46,976 nt of DNA from Parcubacteria group bacterium (GTDB taxonomy: Bacteria > Patescibacteriota > Minisyncoccia > Moranbacterales > GCA-2747515): NCBI GenBank assembly GCA_041660065.1, contig JBAZXC010000007.1:1-46976 (forward strand), in the 5' to 3' direction. The notes below the pieces were generated by a model. That model was not told the DNA's origin, did no database searches, and saw only the letters and a list, made by a program, of their open reading frames with translations. Shown here one piece after another: positions 7,489 through 15,324 of this stretch; the first letter of the stretch is position 1; each line of letters opens with the position of its first letter. The position numbers were made by a program, and so were the translations under genes.

Positions 7489-10218
7489 ATGATACAAAAA
7501 CAACAAAAAAAGATCTATGCATATACGGTGCAGGAGATTGCCAGTGAATTTCGCACGTCGGAACATCGTGGGCTTACTGCAGGAGAGGTGCAATTGCGAC
7601 TCAAGCAATATGGACGCAATCAACTTGCGCAAAAACGGAGTTGGAAATGGCTCGCATTGATTGTCAATCAGTTCAAAGATGCGCTCGTATGGATATTGCT
7701 TGTTGCTGCAATTCTGGCTTTTTTCTTTGGTGAAACGCGTGACGTGATCATCATTCTTATTATTGTGGGCATCAACGCAATTATTGGATTTTTACAAGAA
7801 TTCAAAGCGGAGAAGATTTTGGAAAGCATTACAAAGCTCACAACCGATCAGACACAAGTGATTCGTGACGGTAAAAAACAGGAGATCGATGCGCGTTTTC
7901 TCGTGCCAGGCGATGTGGTTTTTGTGTCGTCCGGTGATCGTGCGCCGGCGGATGGTTATCTCGTGGAGAGTTATGATCTCAAGGTGAACAGCTTTATTTT
8001 TACAGGAGAATCCAAGCCGGAGGCCAAATCTGTCAAAACGATTCATGGGGAAAATGTGGCGCTTGCCGATATCGACAATATGCTTTTTATGGGAGAGACG
8101 ATCACAACGGGAGAGGCGCGATATATTGTAACGGGGACGGGCATGCAAACGGAATTGGGGCGTATTGCACACTTGACCGGGGAGATCAAAGAAGCACCGA
8201 CACCGATGCAAAAGCAGATGCAAAGGCTCAGTAAAAATATTACGATTGTTGCTGTGTCGATTGGCACATGTGTGATGATCATCGGAAATTATTTTGAAAT
8301 GTCTGCATACCATAGTTTTCTTTTTGCACTGGCTTTGGCAGTATCTGTTGTGCCAGAGGGACTTCCGGCTGCTATTTCTGTGGCATTGTCACTTGGGATG
8401 AAGAGACTTCTTTCTGTCAAAGTTTTAGCCAAAAAATTAAGTGCTGTAGAAACACTCGGATCAGTATCGATCATTTGTACGGATAAAACGGGAACGATCA
8501 CAAAAAATGAGTTGACTGTGACACATATTGTGATCAATGGCCGCATGATCACAGTCAGTGGTACGGGATATAGTCCCGAGGGACATTTTTACATTGATAG
8601 CACTGTGGTCAATCCTGCTCAAGTGAAGAATTTGGAATTACTTTTTCGGATTGGTACATTGTGTAACGATGCAAACATCATACTGAAAGATGGCGTACGT
8701 ACAGTTGTGGGTGATCCGACAGAAGGAGCGATTGTTGTTGCGGGAGAGAAATATAATCCAAAAGAGAATTATTATAGCATCGGTGAAACAAAAATTACAG
8801 AGAATCCCTTCTCTTCTGATCGCATGCGCATGAGCGTGGTATACAAAAACCGTGACACGATGTCTTTTGTCAAAGGATCGCCAGATGTCATGATTGACTT
8901 GTGTGATTTTATTGTGCAAGATGATCAGGTTGTGCCATTTACAACAGAACAAAAAACGCGGATCAAGGAGTTGTATAATGCCATGTCTGCTGACGCATTG
9001 CGTGTCTTGGGATTTGCGTATCGCAATCTCAACGATGTCGACGCGCGACATTATCTTGATGAAGCGGAAAAGGGTTTGACGTGGACAGGTATGATGGCAA
9101 TGATCGATCCGCCACGAGCAGACGTTGCGCAAGCGGTGCAGGAATGCAAGGATTTGGGGATCAAGGTAATCATGATCACGGGAGATTATGAAATTACAGC
9201 ACGCGCAATCGCACGCAATATCGGACTGATTGACGGTGAGGGAACGTATGAGGTGATCAACGGTAAAATGTTGCATGAATTATCTGATCGTGATGTATAT
9301 AGCAAGGTAATGAAAAAGGATGTGATATTTGCGCGTATCGCTCCGGAGCAAAAGTTACGGATTGCAACAATTCTCAAAAATCATCATCAGGTGATTGCGA
9401 TGACGGGTGACGGTGTCAATGACGCACCGGCATTAAAGAAGGCGGATGTCGGTGTGGCAATGGGTATCATCGGTACGGATGTATCCAAACAGGCGGCAGA
9501 CATGATCCTTATGGACGACCGCTTCGCATCAATTGTTCACGGTGTGAAAGAAGGACGCACGATCTATCACAATTTGCGCAAATTTGTGCACTACGTCTTT
9601 ACGTCCAATGTGAGCGAGCTTTTTACAGTAATTATCGGTGTATTATTTCATTTGCCATCGCCGATTACGGCAATTCAAATTCTTGCGATTGATCTGGCAA
9701 CAGATATTTTTCCGTCATTTTCACTCAGTCTTGAGCCGGCGGAAGCACATCAAAGTGGAAAGGTTGCAAATTCCAAAGAATCGATCATCAGTTGGCAAGG
9801 GGTGCGACGACTGATCTATTTGGGAAGTATTATGGCAGTTGGTGCGGCTACTGCGTTTTATTGGTCAATGGTGCGCAGTGGGTGGGTCTATGGACAACCG
9901 TTTGATGAGAATAGTGAAGTATATGTGATGGCGACGACGGCAGCGTATGCGGTGCTTGCGATGTCACAGATGGCAAATCTCGTGCAATCACGCAGTGAGA
10001 CATTATCACCGTTTGCGCTGGGATTTTTCAAAAACAAATATGTGATTGGATCAATTGGCATCTCATTTGGCATCCTTCTCATGTTTATGTACGTGCCGTT
10101 TTTTCAGACATATCTCGGCATGCGTCCAATTGTATGGCAGGATTGGATTGTTGTAGTTGTCACAACTTTTGCCGTATATCTCTTTGAAAACATCCGTAAA
10201 GTGTGGTTTGTAAAATAA
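7489..10218 (+). CDS. Cation-transporting P-type ATPase (P2-type, Ca2+/Mg2+-like)
   Basis: Cation_ATPase_N-like start (GLTAGEVQLRLKQYGRNQL), TGES, phosphorylation motif ICTDKTGTIT, MITGD, GDGVNDAPALKKADVG, and 10 predicted TM segments. ATG 7489 is preferred to the TTG at 7453. Confidence 0.95.
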   Translation: MIQKQQKKIYAYTVQEIASEFRTSEHRGLTAGEVQLRLKQYGRNQLAQKRSWKWLALIVNQFKDALVWILLVAAILAFFFGETRDVIIILIIVGINAIIGFLQEFKAEKILESITKLTTDQTQVIRDGKKQEIDARFLVPGDVVFVSSGDRAPADGYLVESYDLKVNSFIFTGESKPEAKSVKTIHGENVALADIDNMLFMGETITTGEARYIVTGTGMQTELGRIAHLTGEIKEAPTPMQKQMQRLSKNITIVAVSIGTCVMIIGNYFEMSAYHSFLFALALAVSVVPEGLPAAISVALSLGMKRLLSVKVLAKKLSAVETLGSVSIICTDKTGTITKNELTVTHIVINGRMITVSGTGYSPEGHFYIDSTVVNPAQVKNLELLFRIGTLCNDANIILKDGVRTVVGDPTEGAIVVAGEKYNPKENYYSIGETKITENPFSSDRMRMSVVYKNRDTMSFVKGSPDVMIDLCDFIVQDDQVVPFTTEQKTRIKELYNAMSADALRVLGFAYRNLNDVDARHYLDEAEKGLTWTGMMAMIDPPRADVAQAVQECKDLGIKVIMITGDYEITARAIARNIGLIDGEGTYEVINGKMLHELSDRDVYSKVMKKDVIFARIAPEQKLRIATILKNHHQVIAMTGDGVNDAPALKKADVGVAMGIIGTDVSKQAADMILMDDRFASIVHGVKEGRTIYHNLRKFVHYVFTSNVSELFTVIIGVLFHLPSPITAIQILAIDLATDIFPSFSLSLEPAEAHQSGKVANSKESIISWQGVRRLIYLGSIMAVGAATAFYWSMVRSGWVYGQPFDENSEVYVMATTAAYAVLAMSQMANLVQSRSETLSPFALGFFKNKYVIGSIGISFGILLMFMYVPFFQTYLGMRPIVWQDWIVVVVTTFAVYLFENIRKVWFVK

Positions 10219-10298
10219 GCCTTTTTGAAATACATAATAGGTTTCATCAAGGAGGGGAGGGATGGTATACTGTCGGTGTAAGCATTCATACAAAAATT

Positions 10299-12125
10299 AT
10301 GTGTGGAATTGTCGGGTATATCGGGAAAAGTAAAAGAGCGCAACACGTGCTTTTGGATGGACTGCATCGATTGGAATATCGTGGATATGACAGCGCAGGA
10401 CTCTGTGTGATAAGTGGCAAAAAATGTAAAACATTTCGTGCAGTGGGAAAAGTGTCTGCCTTGGAAACAAAAATCGGTGACAAAGATCTCTGTGCACAGA
10501 TCGGCATCGCACATACGCGATGGGCGACACACGGTAAGCCGAGTGTGGCGAATGCTCATCCGCACAGAAGTGGTAAAGTGCATGTGGTGCATAATGGGAT
10601 CATTGAGAATTATCAATCATTGAAAAATTCCCTGATCAAAAAAGGACATATATTTACAAGTGAAACAGACAGCGAGATCGTAGCTCATTTGATCGATGAA
10701 GCAAGTAAAAGGCATAACTTTGAAGAGGCGGTACAGCATGCGTTGGCGCAAATTTGCGGTGCATATGCTTTGGTGGTCATACATGAAGATGAACCGGAAA
10801 AATTGATCGCAGTACGCAATAGTTCTCCGCTTGTTGTAGGTGTGGGCAAGGATGAATACATCATTGCGTCTGATGCGTCGGCAATTATTGCGTATACGGA
10901 TCGCGTACTATATCTCGATGATGGGGAAATGATCGTGGTGATGCCGGATCATCATGTGATCATGAATTTTCGCGGTCAAAAAAAATACAAGAAAGAATAC
11001 ATGCTTGATTGGGATGAAAGTGAAGCGCAAAAAGAAGGGTATCCACACTTTATGCTCAAAGAGATCTTTGAGCAACCGCATGCGGTAGAAGATGCAATGC
11101 GCGGACGCGTGATCGTCAAAGAGGGTCTTGCACGATTGGGTGGACTCTCTGCAGTAGAAAAACAATTGCGCAAAATCAATCGCATTGTGATCGTATCATG
11201 TGGCACATCATATCATGCGGGATTAGTGGGTGAATACATGCTAGAAGAATATGCGAACATTCCAACGGAGGTGGAGTATGCATCGGAATTTCGTTATCGT
11301 AAACCGCTTATTGATCAAAAAACTGCGGTGATCGCGATCTCACAGTCAGGAGAAACTGCAGATACGCGTGCGGCAATTCGTGAAGCAAAAAACAAAGGTG
11401 CGTTGACGTTGGGCATTATCAATACTGTCGGATCGACAATCGCGCGTGAGACGGATGCCGGCGTGTATAATCATGCCGGTCCGGAGATTGGTGTGGCAAG
11501 TACCAAAGCATTTACGTCGCAGTTGACGATCCTCGCACTCCTCACAGTTTATCTCGGTCGGCAACGCGACATGTCGATGACAATGGGTCGGAGGATATTG
11601 ACAGAGTTGCGTGCAATTCCCGGGAAGATCGAAGAGGTTTTTGCGGAGGAAAAAAAGATCAAAAAAATTGCCAGAAAATATCGTGATGCACACAGCATGT
11701 TCTATTTGGGACGAAAATATAATTATGCGATCGCATTGGAGGGCGCGCTCAAGATCAAAGAAATTTCTTATATTCACGCAGAGGGATATGCATCCGGCGA
11801 AATGAAACACGGTCCGATTGCACTGATCGATAAAAATTTCCCTTCCGTAGTGATCGCGCCGTATGATAGCGTATATGAAAAGACGTCATCGGCAATTGCG
11901 GAGATTCGTGCACGAGGTGGTAAAGTCATTGCAGTGACGACGCATGATGCTGTTGATGTGATCAAAGTGGCGGATGATGTGATCATTGTGCCAAAGACGC
12001 TGGAAATGCTCATGCCACTTGTGACGGTTGTGCCACTTCAACTCTTGGCGTATTATGCCGGTTGTGCAAAAGGATATGATGTGGATAAACCGCGCAATTT
12101 GGCAAAAAGTGTGACGGTGGAATAG
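10299..12125 (+). CDS. glmS: Glutamine--fructose-6-phosphate aminotransferase (isomerizing)
   Basis: Starts MCGIVGYIG (catalytic Cys2), has two SIS domains and ends KSVTVE. The in-frame upstream extension from 10203 is not credible. Confidence 0.97.
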   Translation: MCGIVGYIGKSKRAQHVLLDGLHRLEYRGYDSAGLCVISGKKCKTFRAVGKVSALETKIGDKDLCAQIGIAHTRWATHGKPSVANAHPHRSGKVHVVHNGIIENYQSLKNSLIKKGHIFTSETDSEIVAHLIDEASKRHNFEEAVQHALAQICGAYALVVIHEDEPEKLIAVRNSSPLVVGVGKDEYIIASDASAIIAYTDRVLYLDDGEMIVVMPDHHVIMNFRGQKKYKKEYMLDWDESEAQKEGYPHFMLKEIFEQPHAVEDAMRGRVIVKEGLARLGGLSAVEKQLRKINRIVIVSCGTSYHAGLVGEYMLEEYANIPTEVEYASEFRYRKPLIDQKTAVIAISQSGETADTRAAIREAKNKGALTLGIINTVGSTIARETDAGVYNHAGPEIGVASTKAFTSQLTILALLTVYLGRQRDMSMTMGRRILTELRAIPGKIEEVFAEEKKIKKIARKYRDAHSMFYLGRKYNYAIALEGALKIKEISYIHAEGYASGEMKHGPIALIDKNFPSVVIAPYDSVYEKTSSAIAEIRARGGKVIAVTTHDAVDVIKVADDVIIVPKTLEMLMPLVTVVPLQLLAYYAGCAKGYDVDKPRNLAKSVTVE

Positions 12126-12144
12126 ACGCAACCCTGTTAAATGG

Positions 12145-12352
12145 CATGTAAACGTAGGTGAGTCTTTAGTAACTGTATAATATCTCATGTCGAGTTGAAA
12201 TGCCAAAATTTCGAGCGAAAAAAACGAAAGTTGAAGGAGGGCTATCGGGTGATAACCCGACGAAACTTGCGTTTTTTGCAGCCGAAATTTTGGCATTTCA
12301 GCCGACAAGCCATTTTTTGGCGTTGAGATGTTAGACAGTTACTTACATTGCG
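12145..12352 (+). repeat. Long imperfect foldback (inverted-repeat) element. The core hairpin is 12189-12306.
   Basis: The left arm GTCGAGTTGAAATGCCAAAATTTCGAGCGAAAAAAACG pairs with CGTTTTTTGCAGCCGAAATTTTGGCATTTCAGCCGAC. The apical hairpin is TCGGGT-GATA-ACCCGA. The outer arms ATGTAA..GTAACTGT / ACAGTTAC..TTACAT extend the foldback. Confidence 0.85.
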
Positions 12353-12390
12353 CGCATTGATAAAAGGGGATATACTGTGATGCAGAGTTC

Positions 12391-13191
12391 ATGAATTTTT
12401 ATAAGAACTTTATGATCGATATGACGTGGATACAGGCATTGATATTGGGTTGCATCGAAGGTGTGACGGAGTTTTTGCCGATCTCATCGACAGCACACCT
12501 CATTCTCATATCGCACGTGATGCACATCGTACAGACGGATTTTATGAAGAGTTTTGAGATCATTATTCAGCTGGGTGCAATTCTGGCGGTGGTTGCTTTG
12601 TATTGGAAACAGTTGTTGAATGTGGAAATACTCAAGCGATTGATCGTGGCATTTATCCCGACGGGCGTGTTGGGGGTGGTTTTTTATCATGTGGTCAAAA
12701 AATATCTCATGGATAATGATGCGGTGATCCTCGGGGCGTTGTTTTTTGGCGGATTGTTTCTGATCTTGTTTGAAAAGTGGCACACTGAAAAATCTGATGC
12801 TCTCAATGATATTGCAACCATTTCTTATAAAAAATGTCTGGCGATCGGCGTATTTCAGTCAATCGCCATGATCCCCGGCGTGTCGCGTTCTGCGGCGACA
12901 ATTATCGGCGGACTTGTGATGGGCTTCAAGCGTGAGACGATCGTGAAATTTTCATTTCTCTTGGCAATGCCGACAATGGTTGCCGCGACGGGTCTTGATC
13001 TGGTGAAAAATGTGTCATCTTTTTCCGCTTCACAATCACACGTGCTTGCAATCGGTTTTATCACTGCATTTATCACTGCAATACTGGGGATCAAATTCTT
13101 CTTGGTATATATTCAGAAACATTCTTTTGCATCGTTTGGCGTGTATCGCATGATCATTGCAATTGTATTTTTTATATTATTTTTTGTATGA
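12391..13191 (+). CDS. uppP: Undecaprenyl-diphosphate phosphatase
   Basis: BacA motifs EGVTEFLPISSTAHL and PGVSRSAATI; 8 TM helices. Confidence 0.95.
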   Translation: MNFYKNFMIDMTWIQALILGCIEGVTEFLPISSTAHLILISHVMHIVQTDFMKSFEIIIQLGAILAVVALYWKQLLNVEILKRLIVAFIPTGVLGVVFYHVVKKYLMDNDAVILGALFFGGLFLILFEKWHTEKSDALNDIATISYKKCLAIGVFQSIAMIPGVSRSAATIIGGLVMGFKRETIVKFSFLLAMPTMVAATGLDLVKNVSSFSASQSHVLAIGFITAFITAILGIKFFLVYIQKHSFASFGVYRMIIAIVFFILFFV

Positions 13192-14039
13192 AATTAATTG
13201 ATGGAAAAATGATCGCTGTACAAAAACTTCTTACAGTGAAAGAAACGATTGAAAACAAAGATCTAACGCCTGCGCTTGCCGTGGTGCTCGTGGGGGATGA
13301 TCCGGCATCACATCTGTATGTAAAATTGAAACAAAAAGCCGCCAAGGAAGTGGGTGTTGAATTGCGTACGTATTTTTGTGAAGCGCTCACGCCGCGAGAT
13401 GAGATCGTGCAGAGTATCAATTTTCTCAATGCGGATCCTGACACGCATGGGATCATCGTACAATTACCGCTCCCGGATCATTTGGATGCAGATGAGATCG
13501 TAAACATGATCGATCCGCAAAAAGACGCGGACGGATTTCATCGGGTCAATCAAGAAAAATTTCTCGCAGATGAGGAAGGTGTTTTTCCGGTTTTTCCTCG
13601 TGCGATCATGAGTTTGATCGATTCGTGCGGTGATGATCTGAGGGGAAAAAATGCTGTGGTGCTGGGGAAGAGTGATGTGTTCGATCGTGTGATGACGCAT
13701 GCGCTCGTACAACGTGGGTGTGAAACGCAGTTTATCCGTTGTGTGGACAAAAAGGACTTTTCTCCAAAAGAAAAAGAACTGATCAACAGCGCAGACATCA
13801 TCGTGACAGCGGCCGGTATGCCGGAGTTCGTATCATGCGACTTGATCAAAGACGACACGATCGTCATTGATGGTGGGATCAGTAAGAAGGGGGAAAAGAT
13901 CATGGGCGATATCGCACAAAAAACATGTAAAGACCGCGATATTATCCTCTCGCCGGTACCCGGTGGCGTCGGTCCGGTAACGATTGCATGTTTGCTGGAA
14001 AACGCGGTAGAATTGGCACAGAAGCAAAGAGAATTATAA
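13188..14039 (+). CDS. folD: Bifunctional methylenetetrahydrofolate dehydrogenase/cyclohydrolase
   Basis: LAVVLVGDDPASHLYVKLKQKAAKEVG, IIVQLPLP and PVPGGVGPVT motifs. ATGA overlap with the uppP stop. Confidence 0.95.
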   Translation: MKLIDGKMIAVQKLLTVKETIENKDLTPALAVVLVGDDPASHLYVKLKQKAAKEVGVELRTYFCEALTPRDEIVQSINFLNADPDTHGIIVQLPLPDHLDADEIVNMIDPQKDADGFHRVNQEKFLADEEGVFPVFPRAIMSLIDSCGDDLRGKNAVVLGKSDVFDRVMTHALVQRGCETQFIRCVDKKDFSPKEKELINSADIIVTAAGMPEFVSCDLIKDDTIVIDGGISKKGEKIMGDIAQKTCKDRDIILSPVPGGVGPVTIACLLENAVELAQKQREL

Positions 14040-14068
14040 AAAAAGGCTATAAGATATTTTTACATGTT

Positions 14069-14461
14069 ATGAAAGCCTATATCACATGTCCATGCACGCA
14101 CTCTCGGGATAAATTACATTTATTGCCCACGATCAAGTCCGTTGTAGAAAGTAACGGAATAGAGTCTTTTGTGTTTGAGATCGGTGGCACGCCGGATGAA
14201 ATATTTCATCGTGATCATTCCAATATCAAAGACAGCGATCTGATCATTGCTGATGTGTCGGAGAGAAGTCACGGTGTGGGCATCGAGATCGGCATGTCGT
14301 ACTGTCTCGGACTCAAAAGAATATTGTTGATCGATGAGAATAAGTCTGTCACCAAATTGGCGCAAGGTATGCCAGACACCACGATTATCAGCTACAAAGA
14401 TGAAAACGATTTGAAATCTAAGTTGGAGTCCGCGATCCATGAGATCATTAAATTAATATAA
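14069..14461 (+). CDS. Nucleoside 2-deoxyribosyltransferase-like small protein (tentative)
   Basis: 130 aa. The pattern DLIIADVS..SHGVGIEIGMSY resembles the NDT-family D/S-x-G-x3-E-x-G motif. ATG 14069 is preferred because the longer ORF overlaps folD. Confidence 0.55.
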   Translation: MKAYITCPCTHSRDKLHLLPTIKSVVESNGIESFVFEIGGTPDEIFHRDHSNIKDSDLIIADVSERSHGVGIEIGMSYCLGLKRILLIDENKSVTKLAQGMPDTTIISYKDENDLKSKLESAIHEIIKLI

Positions 14462-14784
14462 TGAAAATCAAAAAAATTGAAGCCAGTCGAGCAGATTGGG
14501 ATCATGTGAGGAGTTGGAATTATAAACTGAAAGATTTGAAGGACAACTATCAATCAGTTGTTTATGCTGAGCTTGATGGGATCCACGGGGAAGTCGCGAC
14601 GGGAAGTGTTGAGAGAGTATATTATATTCTAAGCGGTGCAGGAGAATTTAACATTGGAGGAGAAAATGTCCATGTAGAAGCGGGGGACGTTTTGACTGTT
14701 CCGCCACATACAACATATGATTATTGGCCGACAAATGAGGAAACATTGAAAGTCATATTGTTTATGGAATTGTGGGATAATTAG
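14461..14784 (+). CDS. Cupin domain protein
   Basis: 107 aa with G-x5-H..E..Y and G..V.V..GD.L.VPP cupin-like motifs. Its start overlaps the upstream stop (TAATG). Confidence 0.7.
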   Translation: MKIKKIEASRADWDHVRSWNYKLKDLKDNYQSVVYAELDGIHGEVATGSVERVYYILSGAGEFNIGGENVHVEAGDVLTVPPHTTYDYWPTNEETLKVILFMELWDN

Positions 14785-14841
14785 GTAAAATACGGACAAA
14801 AGAGATAGGGGGGTGTTTGATTATAAGTATATGAAGATGAC

Positions 14842-14872
14842 AAAAAACAGAGTATGAATGACTCTGTTTTTT
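14842..14872. terminator. Bidirectional rho-independent terminator between the cupin gene (+) and tRNA-Leu (-)
   Basis: AAAAAACAGAGT-ATGAATG-ACTCTGTTTTTT; a 12-bp stem flanked by an A-run and a T-run. Confidence 0.85.
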
Positions 14873-14878
14873 GATTTG

Positions 14879-14965
14879 TGGTGCCTCGGGAGAGACTCGA
14901 ACTCTCACATCCTTGCGAATACTGGATTTTGAGTCCAGCGCGTCTACCAATTCCGCCACCGAGGC
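14879..14965 (-). tRNA. tRNA-Leu (anticodon CAA), class II with long variable arm, CCA encoded
   Basis: Minus-strand read: GCCTCGG TG GCG GAATTGGTAGA CGC G CTGGA CTCAAAA TCCAG TATTCGCAAGGATGT GAGAG TTCGAGT CTCTC CCGAGGC A CCA. All four stems pair. Confidence 0.95.
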
Positions 14966-14969
14966 ATAA

Positions 14970-15212
14970 TTATTTTATGTTTCGTTTTATCCACTCTTTG
15001 CCACAGCCACTTTTGAGAAACTTTTCTCGCAAACGTGCAGTCGGTCTATCGTTATACTTTTCTGTTAAAACAGTATTAAATGGTGCATACGGCCTTGTGG
15101 TTTTATTTTGTCCACAGTTGTGTTCCTCCATCCTTCGTTGGATATTATTTGTTATGCCAACATAAATATACGATTTTGTATTGCTGGAAATAACATAGAC
15201 GTAATATGCCAT
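14970..15212 (-). CDS. GIY-YIG nuclease family protein (small, YhbQ/URI-like)
   Basis: MAYYVYVISS..SYIYVGITNNIQRRMEEHN carries the GIY/YIG, Arg and Glu motifs. The stop codon lies 4 nt from the tRNA 5' end. The listed 100-aa ORF (to 15272) adds a translation of the tRNA fragment and the palindrome. Confidence 0.85.
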   Translation of the reverse strand: MAYYVYVISSNTKSYIYVGITNNIQRRMEEHNCGQNKTTRPYAPFNTVLTEKYNDRPTARLREKFLKSGCGKEWIKRNIK

Positions 15213-15226
15213 ATTGTTATAATATT

Positions 15227-15272
15227 GTCTACCAACCTGCCTGCCGGCAGGCAGGTTCCGCCACCGAGGCAT
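15227..15272 (-). repeat. Duplicated 5' fragment of tRNA-Leu (acceptor 5' strand plus D-arm), interrupted in the D-loop by the 20-bp palindrome
   Basis: Minus strand: AT GCCTCGGTGGCGGAA [CCTGCCTGCCGGCAGGCAGG] TTGGTAGAC. It is identical to tRNA positions 1-24 plus 2 upstream nt (14942-14967). Confidence 0.9.
15234..15257. repeat. Perfect 24-bp palindrome AACCTGCCTGCCGGCAGGCAGGTT (20-bp core at 15236-15255)
   Basis: Self-complementary. The core recurs at 21962-21981 and 28153-28172, and a split copy forms the outer arms of 28141-28185. Confidence 0.95.
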
Positions 15273-15285
15273 TTTATTGAGTTTA

Positions 15286-15322
15286 TAAAGTAGAAAGTAT
15301 AAAGTTTGTAAAGTAAATAGTG
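15286..15322 (+). repeat. AT-rich array of five approximately 7-nt units (T/G)AAAGT(A/T)
   Basis: TAAAGTA GAAAGTA TAAAGTT tg TAAAGTA AATAGTG. AGTAGAAAG here is complementary to CTTTCTACT at 15339-15347. Confidence 0.6.
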
Positions 15323-15324
15323 AG

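Noticed and set aside
10219-10298. glmS ribozyme upstream of glmS
   Set aside because: Only 80 nt separate the ATPase stop from the glmS ATG, too short for the ribozyme core of about 170 nt. No recognisable conserved core sequence is present.
13188-13191. UGA recoding (code 25 or code 4)
   Set aside because: TGA terminates uppP in the ATGA overlap with folD. All recognised genes have normal lengths with TGA read as a stop, so the standard code 11 applies.
14987-14995. oriC / DnaA-box cluster near parAB
   Set aside because: Only a single 8/9 match (TTATCCACT) was seen, inside the GIY-YIG coding sequence. TGTGGATTC at 448-456 belongs to a hairpin repeat. There is no cluster and no dnaA or dnaN in the window.
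14970-15272. 100-aa version of the GIY-YIG ORF starting at 15272
   Set aside because: The first 20 codons (MPRWRNLPAGRQVGRQYYNN) translate the duplicated tRNA fragment and the palindrome. The conserved GIY-YIG domain starts at MAYYVYV (15212). The extension is kept as a possibility only in the finding.
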